A stretch of 64,000 nucleotides of DNA from Camelus ferus (GCF_009834535.1 NC_045697.1:43960001-44024000), one strand, 5' to 3'; shown: positions 12,431-25,069, counted from the stretch's first letter. Numbers and translations: made by a program. The notes: generated from the sequence alone by a model not told the origin.

Positions 12431-15400
12431 ATGGCAATAAAGACACATCTATCATTAATTACTGTAAATGTTAATGGACTAAATGCTCCAGTCAAAAGAC
12501 ATAGAGAGGCAGACTGGATAATAAAGCAAGAACCTTCAATATGCTGCATACAAGAGACCCACTTTAGGGAGAAGGACGCATATAGATTGAGAGTGAAAGG
12601 ATGGAAAAGGATATTCCATGCAAATGGAAAAGCCAAAAAAGCAGCTGTTGCAGTACTGATTTCAGACAAAATAGACTTTAAAACAAAGGGCATAAAGAAA
12701 GATAAAGAAGGACATTTTATAATGATTAAAGGAGTGATACAAGTTGAGGATATTACACTCAGTAATATATATGCACCCAATATAGGAGCACCTAAGTACA
12801 TAAAACAATTACTAACAGAGATAAAGGGGGATATTGATGGGAATACAATCATAGCTGGAGATTTTAACACAGCATTAACATCACTAGACAGATCTTCCAG
12901 ACAGAAAATAAATAAGGCAACAGAGAAATTAAATAATACAACAGGGAAATTAGATTTGGTGGATATTTTCAGAGCATTACACCCGCCAAAAATAGAATAA
13001 AAATTCTTTTCAAGTGCACATGGAACATTTTCCAGGATTGATCATGTACTTGGGCACAAAAGAAACCTCAGCAACTTTAAGAAGATAGAAATTATCTCAA
13101 GCATCTTTACTGACCACAATGCCATGAAATTAGAAATCAACAACAGAGAAACAAAGGAGAAAAAAGGAAAGCATGGAGATTAAACAATGTAATTAAAAAA
13201 CCAATGGGTCAATGAGGAAATCAAAGCTGAAATTAAAAAATACCTTGAGACAAATGAAAATGAAATCAAAACCATACAAAATTTATGGGACACAGCAAAG
13301 GCAGTGCTAAGAGGGAAGTTTATAGCAATACAGGCCTTCCTCAAAAATGAAGAACAATCTCAAATAAACAATTTAACCCACCAGCTGAGTGAACTAGAAA
13401 AAGAAGAACAAAAAAAACCCAAAAGGCAGCAGAAGGAAGGAAATTATAAAGGTTAGGGAGGAAATAAATAAAATACAGGTTAAAAAGACCATAGAAAAAA
13501 TGAATCAACCAAAAGCTGGTTTTTTGAAAAAGTAAATAAAATCAACAAACCTCTGGCCAAACTCACAAAGAAGAAAAAAGAGAGAGCACAAATTAGCAAA
13601 ATAAGAAAGGATAATGGAGAAATTACAATAAATAAAATAGAAATACAGAATATCATATGAGAATATTATGAAAAACTATATGGTACCAAACTGGATAACC
13701 TAGAGGAGATGGACAAGTTTCTGGAAACATACTGTCCACCAAGACTGAATCAAGAAGAAACTGACCACTTGAACAAACCTATCACTAGAAATGAAATCAA
13801 AATAGCAATTAAAAAACCTCCCTACAAGTAAAAGTCTAGGACCGGACGGCTTCACCAGGGAATTCTACCGAACATACAAAGAAGAACTCATACCAGACCT
13901 TCTCAAACTCTTCCAGAAGATTGAAAAGGAGGGAATACTCCCAAACTCATTCTATGAAGCCTGATACCATTCTATAACACCCTGATACCAAAACCAGACA
14001 AAGACACTACCAAAAAAGAGAATTATAGGCCAATATCACTGATGAACATAGACGCCAAAATCCTCACCAAAATTTTAGCAAATAGAATCCAACAACACAT
14101 AGAAAAGATTATACATCATGACCAAGTGGGGTTCACCCCAGGGACACAAGGCTGGTTCAACATACACAAATCAATCAATGTAATACATCACATCAACAAG
14201 AGAAAGGACAAAAACCACATGATCATCTCAATCGATGCAGAAAAAGCATTTGATAAAATTCAACACCCATTTATGGTAAAAACTCTCACCAAAGTGGGTA
14301 TACAGGGAACATATCTCAACATAATAAAAGCTAAATATGACAAACCTACAGCCAGCATAGTACTCAACAGTGAAAAACTCAAAAGCTTCCCACTAAAATC
14401 TGGGACAAGACAAGGATGCCCACTATCACCACTCCTATTCAACATAGACTTTGAAGTCCTAGCCACAGCAATCAGACAAGGGAGAGAAATAAAAGGGATC
14501 CAAATTGGAAAAGAAGAGGTAAAAGTGTCACTCTATGCCAATGACATGTTACTATATATAGAAAACCCTAAAAGGTCCACACAAAAACTACTAGATCTGA
14601 TGGAAGAATTCAGCAAGGTAGCAGGTTACAAGATTAACATTCATGAAACAGTTGCATTTCTTTACACTAATGACGAATCAACAGAAAAAGAAAGTAAAGA
14701 AACAATCCCCTTTAAAATAGCACCCAAAGTAATAAAATACCTAGGAATAAATCTAACCAAGGAGGTGAAAGAATTATACACAGAAAACTATAAACCACTG
14801 ATGAAGGAAATTAAAGAAGACTGTAAAAAATGGAAAGATATCCCATGCTCTTGGACTGGAACAATCAATATTGTTAAAATGGTCACGCTACCCAAGGCAA
14901 TCTACAGATTTAATGCAATCCCTATCAAATTACCCAGGACATATTTCACAGAACTAGAACAAATCATAATAAAATTTATATGGAACCATCAAAGACCTAG
15001 ACTTGCCAAAGCATTACTGAAGAGAAAGAAAGAGGCTGGAGGAATAACTCTCCCAGACTTCAGACAATACTATAGAGCTACAGTCATCAAGACAGCATGG
15101 TATTGGTACCAAAACAGACATATAGACCAATGGAACAGAATAGAGAGCCCAGAAATGAACCCACAAACTTTTGGTCAACTAATCTTCAGCAAAAGAGGCA
15201 AGAATATACAATGGAATAAAGACAGTCTCTTCAGCAAATGGTGTTAGGAAAACTGGACAGCAGCATGTAAAACAATGAAGCTAGAACACTCCCTTACACC
15301 ATACACAAAAATAAACTCAAAATGGATCAAAGACTTAAACATAAGACAAGATACAATAAACCTCCTAGAGGAAAATATAGGCAAAACATTATCTGACATA

Positions 15401-16237
15401 CATCTCAAAAATGTTCTCCTAGAAGAAATAAAAGCAAGAATAAACAAATGGGACCTAATGAAACTTACAAGCTTCTGCACAGCAAAGGAAACCATAAGTA
15501 AAACAAAAAGACAACCTACAGAATGGGAGAAAATTTTTGCAAGTGAAACCAACAAAGGCTTGATCTCCAGAATATATAAGCAGCTCATACGACTTAATAA
15601 GAAACAACCAAACAACCCAATCCAAAAATGGGCAGAAGACCTAAACAAGCAATTCTCCAAGGAAGACATACAAATGATCAAAAGGCACATGAAAAAATGC
15701 TCAGTATCACTAATTATCAGAGAAATGCAAATCAAAACTACAATGAGATATCACCTCACACCAGTCAGAATGGCCGTCATTCAAAAATCCACAAATGACA
15801 AATGCTGGAGAGGCTGTGGAGAAAAGGGAACCCTCCTACACTGCTGGTGGGAGTGCAGTTTGGTGCAGCCACTGTGGAAAACAGTGTGGAGATTCCTCAA
15901 AAGACTAGGAATAGACTTACGGTATGACCCAGGAATCCCACTCCTGGGCTTGTATCCAGAAGGAACCCTACTTCAGGATGACACCTGCACCCCAGTGTTC
16001 ATAGCAGCACTATTTACAATAGTCAAGACATGGAAACAGCCTAAATGTCCATCAACAGATAACTGGATAAAGAAAAATTGGTATATTTATACAATGGAAT
16101 ACTACTCAGCCATAAAAACCAACAACATAACGCCATTTGCAGCAACATGGATGCTCCTGGAGAATGTCATTCTAAGTGAAGTAAGCCAGAAAGAGAAAGA
16201 AAACTATCATATGAGATCACTCATATGTGGAATCTAA
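12431..16237 (+). pseudogene. LINE-1 ORF2p (endonuclease / reverse transcriptase), disrupted
   Basis: Endonuclease motifs (NVNGLN, QETH, NIYAPN, GDFNT), RT motifs ([24 protein letters not shown]) and C-terminal CWRGC...HCWWEC. In-frame stops at 12998 and 15245 plus frameshifts. Confidence 0.95.
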
Positions 16238-16591
16238 AAAACAAAAACAAAAACAAAAACAAACAAAGCATAAATACAAAACAGAAACAGACTCATAGAC
16301 ATAGAATACAAACTTGTGGTTGTCAAGGGGGCGGGGGGTGGGAAGAGATAGATGGGATTTTAAAATTGTAGAATAGATAAACAAGATTATGCTGTATAGC
16401 ACAGGGAAATATACACAAGATCTTATGGTAGCTCACAGAGAAAAAAATGTGACAATGAATATATATGTTCATGCATAACTGAAAAATTGTGCTCTACACT
16501 GGAATTTGACACAATATTGTAAAATGCTTATAAATCAATAAAAAAGTTTAAAAAATTAAAAATAAAAATAAAAAAATAAAATTAATAGACT

Positions 16592-18292
16592 TAGATATAA
16601 AAAAAAATTTTTAATATTTAGAATTCTCTAACATATTCCAGAAAAATAAATCAAAATATAAACATGATGCAATTCTCCTTTGGATTTTTCCTCTGCTTAA
16701 GTGGCATCATATAACAGAAAATTGTTTCAAAACACTTGTTTATACTTGCTATAGCCACAGAAATATATAATATTAAAAATATGAAAAAGCAAGGTCAAGA
16801 GAACTGTGGGCACTGTGCATAGGGAAAAAAATACATGAATTTCTCTATTCCTAAGAATTTCTAAAACCTACTTTCCTAATTTCAAGGACAAATTCACTCA
16901 AAAGAGGAAAAATAAACAGGTCAGCTCCACATTTACAGCTTTACTGATAGGGTATAGCCATTATGCCAAAATTCAGCCATCTATATAACAACCTCATTTC
17001 CCATCTAAAGTTAATGAGAATATATTTTACTTCAAATAGGACATAGTGTCAAAGTGCCAGGAATTGAAAAATAACCTTAAAGTCTTCATTCCACACTTCA
17101 AATATCAAAAAAGCAATAATTCCCCAAATCAGGAAAGCATAATGAAATAACTACACAGGAAAAAAGTGGATATTAAGTCATTTCAGTCTTTCTTAATATT
17201 GTATAGTGAAAACTGATGTATTTATAACTTTAGCATACTTCATACAGTCATTATTCATCAAAAATAGATAAATGTTCACAAAGAATATTTAACTTAAATT
17301 TCATAGTTGCTTCTAAAGTGGCACTTGAAAGATTGACCTGTATAAGGAAATAAGAGTCTTGTCAAATAGAACACAAACCTGTGGGTACCAGGGGGAAAAC
17401 GGGCTGGGAAGGGATAAATAGGAAGTTTGGAATTTGTAGATACTAGCTACTATATATAAAATAGATAAACAGCAAGGTCCTGCCATATAGCGCAGGGAAC
17501 TGTGTGCAATATCTTGTTATAGCCTATAATGAAAAAGTCTGAAAAGGGATATATACATATGTACAACTGAATCACTATACTGTACACCAGAAATTAACAC
17601 AATATTTTAAACTGACTATACTTAAATTAAAAAAAAATTTTTTAAGTCATCAAAAGAGATAGTAAACTAAAAATATAAAATATACCACAATGTTTAAAAC
17701 CTCATAGTATTCCATAGGAAAATCAATGAAGATAACTTAATTTTTCTGGGAGGGAAAAGTATGCAGTGTTACAAATTTAAAGTGTAAATTTAAATAAGAA
17801 TTCAATAAGGAATGCATTTATTGAATTGCCTTGCATTGCCACATAATGACCATCATCTATTTGTGGAAAAACAATAAAAATGATATACTTTTTGAATATG
17901 TGTACATCAAAACCAAAAGGTTAATTTTTACTTTTTCCTTTATGAGCAACTTTGGATGCATTTTTAGGTTTTGGTTCCCAGAGGGAACTGGATGTTCCTT
18001 AGGGTTAATTCCCTGAGTTGCCAAATAAATCCCAAACATTGAAGTTAATGTGTAAGCAGAAATTAAATCCACTTTTGCTTGATCAAGTGGGTCCAACTTC
18101 TGCAACAATTCGTTGCTAGAAACACACATGGTCTTCAGCATCTCACCCACAGCATCAATGGAATTCTCAAATGTTGATAAATACTCATGAATTTCTACTG
18201 GATAGTCTTCATTCATTTCTTTGTCTGCAACTATGACCAACTCACAGGCCTTCCACCCCTGCCTCCCAGAAAGCAGCTGGTGGCAATGACAT
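16592..18292 (-). pseudogene. C1D: C1D processed pseudogene (CDS remnant 17921-18231 plus UTRs; may extend further left)
   Basis: Intronless [21 protein letters not shown]...[16 protein letters not shown]...[14 protein letters not shown], then out-of-frame [24 protein letters not shown]. Start codon decayed to GTT, internal deletion, and C1D-like UTRs on both sides. Confidence 0.92.
17366..17643 (+). mobile_element. 5'-truncated LINE-1 3' end inserted in the C1D pseudogene 3' UTR
   Basis: L1 3' UTR motifs interrupt the C1D-like UTR; imperfect TSD around GTC(TTG/A)TCAAA. Confidence 0.8.
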
Positions 18293-18555
18293 CAAACTGT
18301 TTCAAAATTCTTTTAAATGTTTAGGAAAGTTTACTTCACATAGAATTCATTGTTATTGTGTGTCCTTCCCCAGTTGCCCCCAGCAAAGATCAAAGGGATA
18401 GACCGGATGGTTAAGCTCTTTTATTCATCACTCTGCCAGCCTAATACTAAACAGAAGCTTAACATGATTTGACTCTTTTTTCCCGTATTCATTCAAGCCT
18501 AGGACCAGGATGAGACAAAGAACCTATAGATGGAAAATGTAGGGTACTTACTCTT

Positions 18556-18680
18556 GGGAGAGTATAGCTCAGTGGCAGACTGCATGCTTAACATGCACAA
18601 GGTCCTGGGTTCAATCCCCAGTATCTCCATTTTAAATAAACCTAATTACCTACCCCCTTAAAAGAATTTTTTTTAAAGAA
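18556..18680 (+). mobile_element. tRNA-Ala-derived SINE (Vic-1-like)
   Basis: A box TAGCTCAGTGG, B box GGTTCAATCCC, family tail AAACCTAATTACC; TSD TACT(T/C)ACTC. Confidence 0.85.
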
Positions 18681-19369
18681 AATACTCACTCAGTGAAATT
18701 GCCAGGTCAAAGGATAAGTATATTTTTTGATTCTGCTATATTCTTTATAGGCAATACTGCCTTTCAAAGACAGAGTACCAATTTATCATGGCACCAAAAA
18801 AATCAATGAGACTGATTTGATTTTGAAAAATCAAAAACATCAATCATCCATTTTACAAAACCTTGTCAAGACTGGACGTCATCTCTATGGGGCGGGGAGG
18901 AGATCACTGTATCAGATTATAGCTGGTATCTCGAGAGTCTTTCGATGGTATCAGCTAACCTATTGAACATTGAAATGGACTGTTACCAATGACTCCTTAG
19001 TGATTTTGGTAGATGAGCCTATTTTTCTAACTTTAGGGGTGAGGAAACCAAAGCTTAGATTTTTTTGACCTTCAGAGGCCACACAGCTAACAAGTTTCAT
19101 GGTGGGATTTTATCCCCTATCAGCTCAGCTACAAACCATGGCTCTTTTTACTACATCACATCCAATTTCTTTATACCATTTTTTTTTAAGTTTTGTATTT
19201 CTTCCTTCTGAAATACTTGTTCATAGCCTTTTGATTACTGATTCCGTAATTGAAGCCTTTCAGAAATGAGAGTGGCCAGGCTTCTCACTCCCTCCAAGAT
19301 CATTTGGAATAGCAGGGTTTTTCCACTAGAGCCAGGCTGGCGTTAGACTGTGCGTGAGAACGTGAGGCT

Positions 19370-19600
19370 GGATATGGTGCAGTGAGGTCAGAAGTAAGTG
19401 TACAGGTTACAGTCCCGTTTCAGCCAATTCCTAGCTGCCACCTTGTAGCCTCTTAACATTGCTGTGACTCAGTTTCCTTGCCAGTTAAGCGGGGGTGAGA
19501 ATCATACCTACCCCACAGAATTGTGGGGAGAATTCAATACAGTAATACATGGAAAGCATTTACTGCAGTGCCTAACACATAGAAGGCATTTAATCAATGC
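19370..19600 (+). mobile_element. MIR
   Basis: CTCAGTTTCCT core, ATACCTACC and CAGTGCCTAACACATAG motifs. Confidence 0.6.
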
Positions 19601-20039
19601 TAAGGAGAACAAACAAAGGAGTCCAAAGAGACAGAAGGAAAAAAGAAGAGCATCTGACTAGGTACGGAATTCCAGATAGTCTATTTTCTCCCAAACACTA
19701 CCTACAAACTCCTCAATTTTAAAATGGCAATAAATGCACACTAAATCTTCTTTGTTTATTGTATTAAAGGGAAAAAGTAAAATTTAAAAATTGGTCAGCT
19801 CTGCCAGCATGTAAAAACCAATCAAATTATATAATGAAACATCTTTTTTTCACCCCTAAAAAGATACAAGAGTGTACTTAACACAACAAAAAAGAAGGAA
19901 CACCCACTTTGGCAAGGAAATACTTTCATTTTCAAGATAACAAAAACATATCTTGAAAACTGTTCTGCCTGGATTGCATTGGCCAATAAAAACCTCAAAT
20001 CTGTACTTTGTAGCATATAGTGGAATGTGAGCACACTTA

Positions 20040-20124
20040 CTTCTCTCTTGCCTGTGTCATTCACTTTCAGTGAGGTTCTCACTCAAGCCCAAGACACAGC
20101 CTGCCAAGAACCTACTTCTTAACT
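20040..20124 (+). other. PLAC8: Putative non-coding first exon of PLAC8 (start approximate)
   Basis: GTGAGGTTCTCACTCAAGCCCAAGACACAGCCTGCCAAGAACC resembles the recalled human PLAC8 5' UTR. Ends in a consensus donor AACT|GTAAGT at 20124/20125 and lies in repeat-poor DNA. Confidence 0.55.
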
Positions 20125-21609
20125 GTAAGTACTTTGAAATGAAGCACTTCTTTAAAAGCTTATCTTGGCACTGAAAAAAAAAAGTCTTCTTTACCAGTAT
20201 TTGATTTCCTTTTTTTTAAATTTCTAACATGCTGTATTTTAAGGTTCAGCTGAAAGACCAATGTTTTCTTATCTAACTGCTTAAATTTAGTCAATTTAGT
20301 CAATTTCAACATGTGCCAGTCATATGGGAGATGCCACGCTTTTTAAAGTAGTGTAAGATGTTTTGAATCCTTCATCAACTCTGGCTTTCAGCAGGAACAC
20401 ATATTAGGCCTTATGTTTACTAACTTGATCATTAATTTCACTCTATATCATACATAGGCATGCTTACTTGTGCCAGTCGAATTTCTTTGCGTTTTGAAAC
20501 TATTTTGCTTGTTGTTGGTTTTCTTGCCGTTAGAAATAGAAGACAGGATTTTGCTGATCTAGGTAATGAAACATGAGAATCCTTGAATTTTCAGTATGAA
20601 AGTAAGAAAAACAGACTAGAATGCTTTAAAATTAAATTCTGGTGCTTTATGTAAATGTGTAAAGAAAGATAACCTTCTCACCTCACATTTATCAGCTTTT
20701 GAGATGAGAAATTATGAAATGCAAATGTTTTAATCAAAGCAAAAAAATGAAAAGTTAATCTAAGTGATATATTTAGTACCCAGATTGATTAAATTAATAA
20801 TATTGATGTCAATCCAATTAATACTATTAATTAATATTAATAAGATAATGGTCTGTCCTTCTCAAGAGTAAGGTGTTCCAAGGCAGGGGGAGTCAGGTAC
20901 AAGGTTGGTTGTAACTAAGACTAATGGGTGAAATTAAGATGTTTAAGATGTTTAAAATGTAAGCCAAATCCTGCAAGGTTTCTGGGCATTGAGGTCATTT
21001 CACGAAAGGAGCTTTCTAAAGAAAGGAGCTACAGTCCCTCTTCAAAGCTTGTCCACCGAGTTTCCCATTTAAATTCCCCTTGCCTCCATTTTTCCTTTTT
21101 CCTGAGTGGCACCAGCCAACATTTTTCATCACTCTCTCTGCTCCCATGGTATCAAAGATGTATGAAACAAAACACCTCTATGGTCATTTAGTGATGGGCA
21201 GAGCTGCTGGCCGTGGAGCGGGAACTACTCACGCTCCTTAAACCCTACCAAACCCAACACAAGACTTTCACAAACATTGGAAGCCTGCCCAGTAAATGTT
21301 TACTAAAGGGGATTGGATCTGTAGTTATTCTTCACAGAAGAGAAATGAAAACACCCAGGGCTGTGAGTTACAAAGTGTGCTCTGTAAGGTCACTGGTGCT
21401 GGAATCCACTGAGAAGCCAGGGCTCTGCACGGGCAGGTGGTGCTGAGGTGAACAGGGCTGGCTTAGCCTGTGCTCCTAGGCGAGCTGGAGGCCTCAGCAT
21501 GGGCTGCATCTGCCTGGAGAAGGTGATGGCGTTTTTCTAATTCTCATCAAGTTGTAGCTCCGCAGAAGGGCCACTTTTCTCTACTTTACACGACGGCATC
21601 TCATGGCAT

Positions 21610-21762
21610 AGTGGCAGCAGCCTTGAGGGTGCGCGGTACAGATTCCTGGACCCCAGTCCACCTCGCCTAAGTCACAACCTCGGAGGATAGTGCCCAGGAA
21701 TCTACATCATAAACAAAGTCTCCAAGTAGCTTTTACGCACAGGAAGCACTGAAGGCCACTGA
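21610..21762. mobile_element. MER5-like hAT MITE
   Basis: CAGATTCCTGGACCCCA...CCCAGGAATCT internal symmetry and CCACTG terminus typical of MER5A. Confidence 0.55.
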
Positions 21763-23699
21763 ACAGAGGAGACAGGCTTGTAGACTAGGTCCCAGAAATT
21801 CTTAGAAATATCACTGGGCACTGAAGAGATTCCAGGGGAGTTGCCTTTTGTTCTCTTCCACCACCACCACCACCTCCCCAGTTCCTGCTGTTGCTTTTAC
21901 TTTGAATGGTTAAGGTTAAAAAATTACTGGGTACTTAATGGCTAAAGCAGAGATTTGCGGTTGTTTGGCATATTTTGTTTCTATTTCACATTTTGCTACA
22001 ACCTAAAGGATCCCTCAAATTGTGAAATGATATTTAAACCACAGAGCTACAGAGGAGTAAGTGTGTTTGTTTTCTCCTCTGTTTTATAACTGTCAGGGAG
22101 GTACCTCTTGAATAAAACAATCTCACATGAGAAGTCACAAGACCTCTTTCAGAAAAAGCTAAATTGGTCAAATGGAAGTGTGGGATGCTGATTCCTAGGG
22201 CTGCTCTTCTGGGGGAGCTGGATGGAGCAGCCTTCTTCCTGCTGTAGGTAACCTTCACTAGAGATACACTCTGAAACCCACTGGGGCCCCCACTCCCTGC
22301 TCAGTTCTCTGTACTGAAGTCCACAGAAGCACCTGGGTCTCCACAATTTTCCATATTCAAAACAGGAAGTCAAAAGCTGTGAAAGAAACAGAAACCGAGA
22401 GCTTTGACTTTAGGGCTGAAGACTGTTTCAGACCCCACACAGGTTTCAGCTGTAGACTTTCCTACAAACTAACTGGCAGTCAGCACGTGGACAGGTTTTC
22501 CATGAAGCTGCTCACTACAAAATGTGCAGATGATCGCTGACTGAACTTCAGATGCTCTGGTCTCAGGCTGCTATAAGGGCTAACTCCAGCCTATCTAAAT
22601 ACACACGTACTTAAAGTACACACTGAGCGAGGACACTCAGCTGAAGGAAAGGATGATTCTATAACTGCAGGCAAGTTTCTATACTGAAATCTTCAGATTG
22701 CTGTCATTATATTAAAAATCACAGCACAGACTTCTTGAAAAATAAACAACTTAAATGAACATGTTTTTCCTGAGAGAGATCATGGAAAGGATATTCATCA
22801 TTCATTCATGCAGCTGGTATTTATTGCATGCCAGTTGTGGTGCCAGGCATTGGCTAGGGGCTATGGAGAAGAAAATACAGACAGCTCTAAGCTATACGAA
22901 TAATCAGCATGACCCTTTACATTCCTTCTCTTTTTTTTTTTTTTTTTTTTAAGTCACTAGGTTTGCTTTTTGTTTCCAAATGGGTATTTCTTGTGTTGAT
23001 TATAAAAGGAATAAATGCTAACCATAAAAACAGAAAACCAGATAATGCACAAAATTACAAAGATAAAAATAAAAAATACCTATCAGCCAATTCCCTAGTG
23101 ATAACCACCTAACATTCTATATAGCCTTTCCTGTCTTTTTCTAATGTTTGATTATTAAAAGGAAACACAAAAGAAAATCTGACTGAACATTTTTTTAAAG
23201 AATTTCCTGCAATGCCTCTTCTTCCCAGGCCTCAAATATGGGAAGCCATCACCCAAAACTATGGTTTCTATCATCTGTGTACTGAGGTTTGGGATATAGA
23301 AAAGACCTGGATCTTAGGATGTCTGGCGGTCTAAAGCAGTTTGGGAAGGAAAGCCATTGCTTAAGTGGTTTCCAGGGCTGGGCACTAGCCAGTGTCTGAT
23401 GTGCACCAGCTCCAGCTGGCGTCACGCATTGAGACCGCGGTAGCGGGCACCTACTGCGTGCGAGACCTTGCGCTAGGCTTGTAAGATACGTCAGCGAACA
23501 CAACCCACAAAACTGCCCTTGTGGAGCTTACATTCCCGATTGGGAGCTTCCTTTTCCCCAAACCAAGCTAACTATTGTAAAAACGGTGAGCAACAGAAAT
23601 GGCATTGCAATTTCTTTACTTGCTTCTTCGTGAAAGAACGAGTTTGTTTAGAGAGTTGTGGTTGCTTCCCGTTACGATGAAAAATAAGCCTGTGCACCA

Positions 23700-24560
23700 G
23701 AAGTAGAATCTGGAGCCCACCTCAGCGGGGCGAGGTGGGTGGGGGGCTGGGGTGGTCGTTTCTGTCTTACTTCCCGATCAGTGAGCTGATCAGCCCACCT
23801 ATCTGATGATAACTTTTAAAAATGTATTATATATGCCTGGTGAGACTGGGCGACGGGGGCAGGGGGAGCGGCAGGGTGCCGGGAGGGAGAGGCGCCACGA
23901 CACGACTGCCCGGCCGCTGCCGGTTCCCAGCAGGTCCGGTGCGTCCGCGAGGTGCAGCCACCTAGAGCTGGCTGTCCCCCGCTTACGGCCGACCCTGACC
24001 GCGGGCTCCGTGCTGGCTGCCCTGGAGAATTCGGGGGCAAATAGGATCCTGTTCCAGCAGAGGAGATAGCCGGGTCCTGGGAGGCCGAATGTGGGGGCCA
24101 AGAGGAGAACACCTTCCGCGCCCGCAGGCCGCTCGCAGTCACTTTCCCGAGCGGTCGAGAGGTCAGCGCGGCTGAGAAGCCACACCCCGGCCCGCCCCGC
24201 ACCTGCGGAGGCCACAACTCCCGCGTGCGCCGGAAGCGGGGGCGGCGGGCTCTCCGCCCTGAAGAGAACCACAGGCTGCGGAAGGGCAGGGAGGGAGGTT
24301 AGGGAGGAAGGGTGTGATGGCTCGACCCAGCCTGACGCCCGCATACCCTTCCGCACTCACCCTGCCCTGCCCTTGTCACGGCCTCCTTGACCCTCCTCCC
24401 TGCGAGGGAGTCAGAGCACAGCCAGACGCAAGGTCATTCGCTCCATCACTTGAGGAGCCTACCCTTACCCTTCAAGATAGACTCCTCCCCGCTACATAGA
24501 CACCCATAAATGACGCACCCCCGAAATGATCGCCCCCACCCCTGACCCTCCGGCTGTTTG
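23700..24560. promoter_or_regulatory. CpG island, probable alternative PLAC8 promoter
   Basis: Sharp rise in GC and CpG density with GC boxes (CCCGCCCC, GGGGCGG) in otherwise AT-rich DNA; not part of a recognisable repeat. Confidence 0.75.
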
Positions 24561-25069
24561 TTCACCTACTAGAACTTCCTTTCGCACTGTTTTCTGTGAG
24601 ATTAACAGTGTTTAAACTTTTATTGTAATAGAGCAGTAAAAGGCCATTATGGCACCAATCAATCAGAAATCAAAATCAAAAGCCACTTTAATGCATATAA
24701 AAGAACAAACAATACATTTTTAATCAGCTTCAACTATTCCGAATGCATTTTATGGTATTTTACACAAAAAAGAAATTCTTTAGAATGGTTCCTAATAATT
24801 ATAAGGGGGAAATGAAACCACAGTTCAAAAATCTTATTATGGCTATATTTGCATTATATACTACTTGGGTTTAGGGATATATTTTTCTAGTGTTTGTAGC
24901 AGATTGCTTTTGTATTTTTCATTCTAAATCCTATGGGGCTCTTCTCTCCCCGAATTCTCTTTTATGTTTTGTTTTGTCATTTTTTTAGAAATAATTTTAG
25001 ATTTATGAAAAATGTTGCAAAAATAGCACACAAAAAAAGACAAACAATAACAAATGCTAGCCAGGATGA

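Larger units (their letters stand above)
9189..16576 (+). mobile_element. Full-length (~7.4 kb) LINE-1, inactivated
   Basis: GC-rich 5' UTR, ORF1, ORF2, 3' UTR and A-rich tail. Flanked by an imperfect 15-bp TSD: TAAAATTCATGGACT (9174-9188) / TAAAATTAATAGACT (16577-16591). Confidence 0.95.

Noticed and set aside
11084..15735. Antisense ORFs over L1 ORF1/ORF2 (123, 187 and 163 aa)
   Set aside because: These are the usual shadow frames on the reverse strand of L1 coding sequence.
17857..18240. 127-aa ORF as a functional C1D gene
   Set aside because: Intronless, original ATG lost, large deletion with frameshift and scattered substitutions; treated as a processed pseudogene.
18556..18630. tRNA-Ala gene-like sequences here and at 30203, 40857, 51204 and 61247
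   Set aside because: Each has stem-breaking substitutions, a shared non-tRNA tail and TSDs, so they are SINEs rather than tRNA genes.
23799..24499. ORFs of 60-185 aa in the CpG island
   Set aside because: Low-complexity Ala/Gly/Pro/Arg translations in several frames are expected from GC content; no homology recognised.
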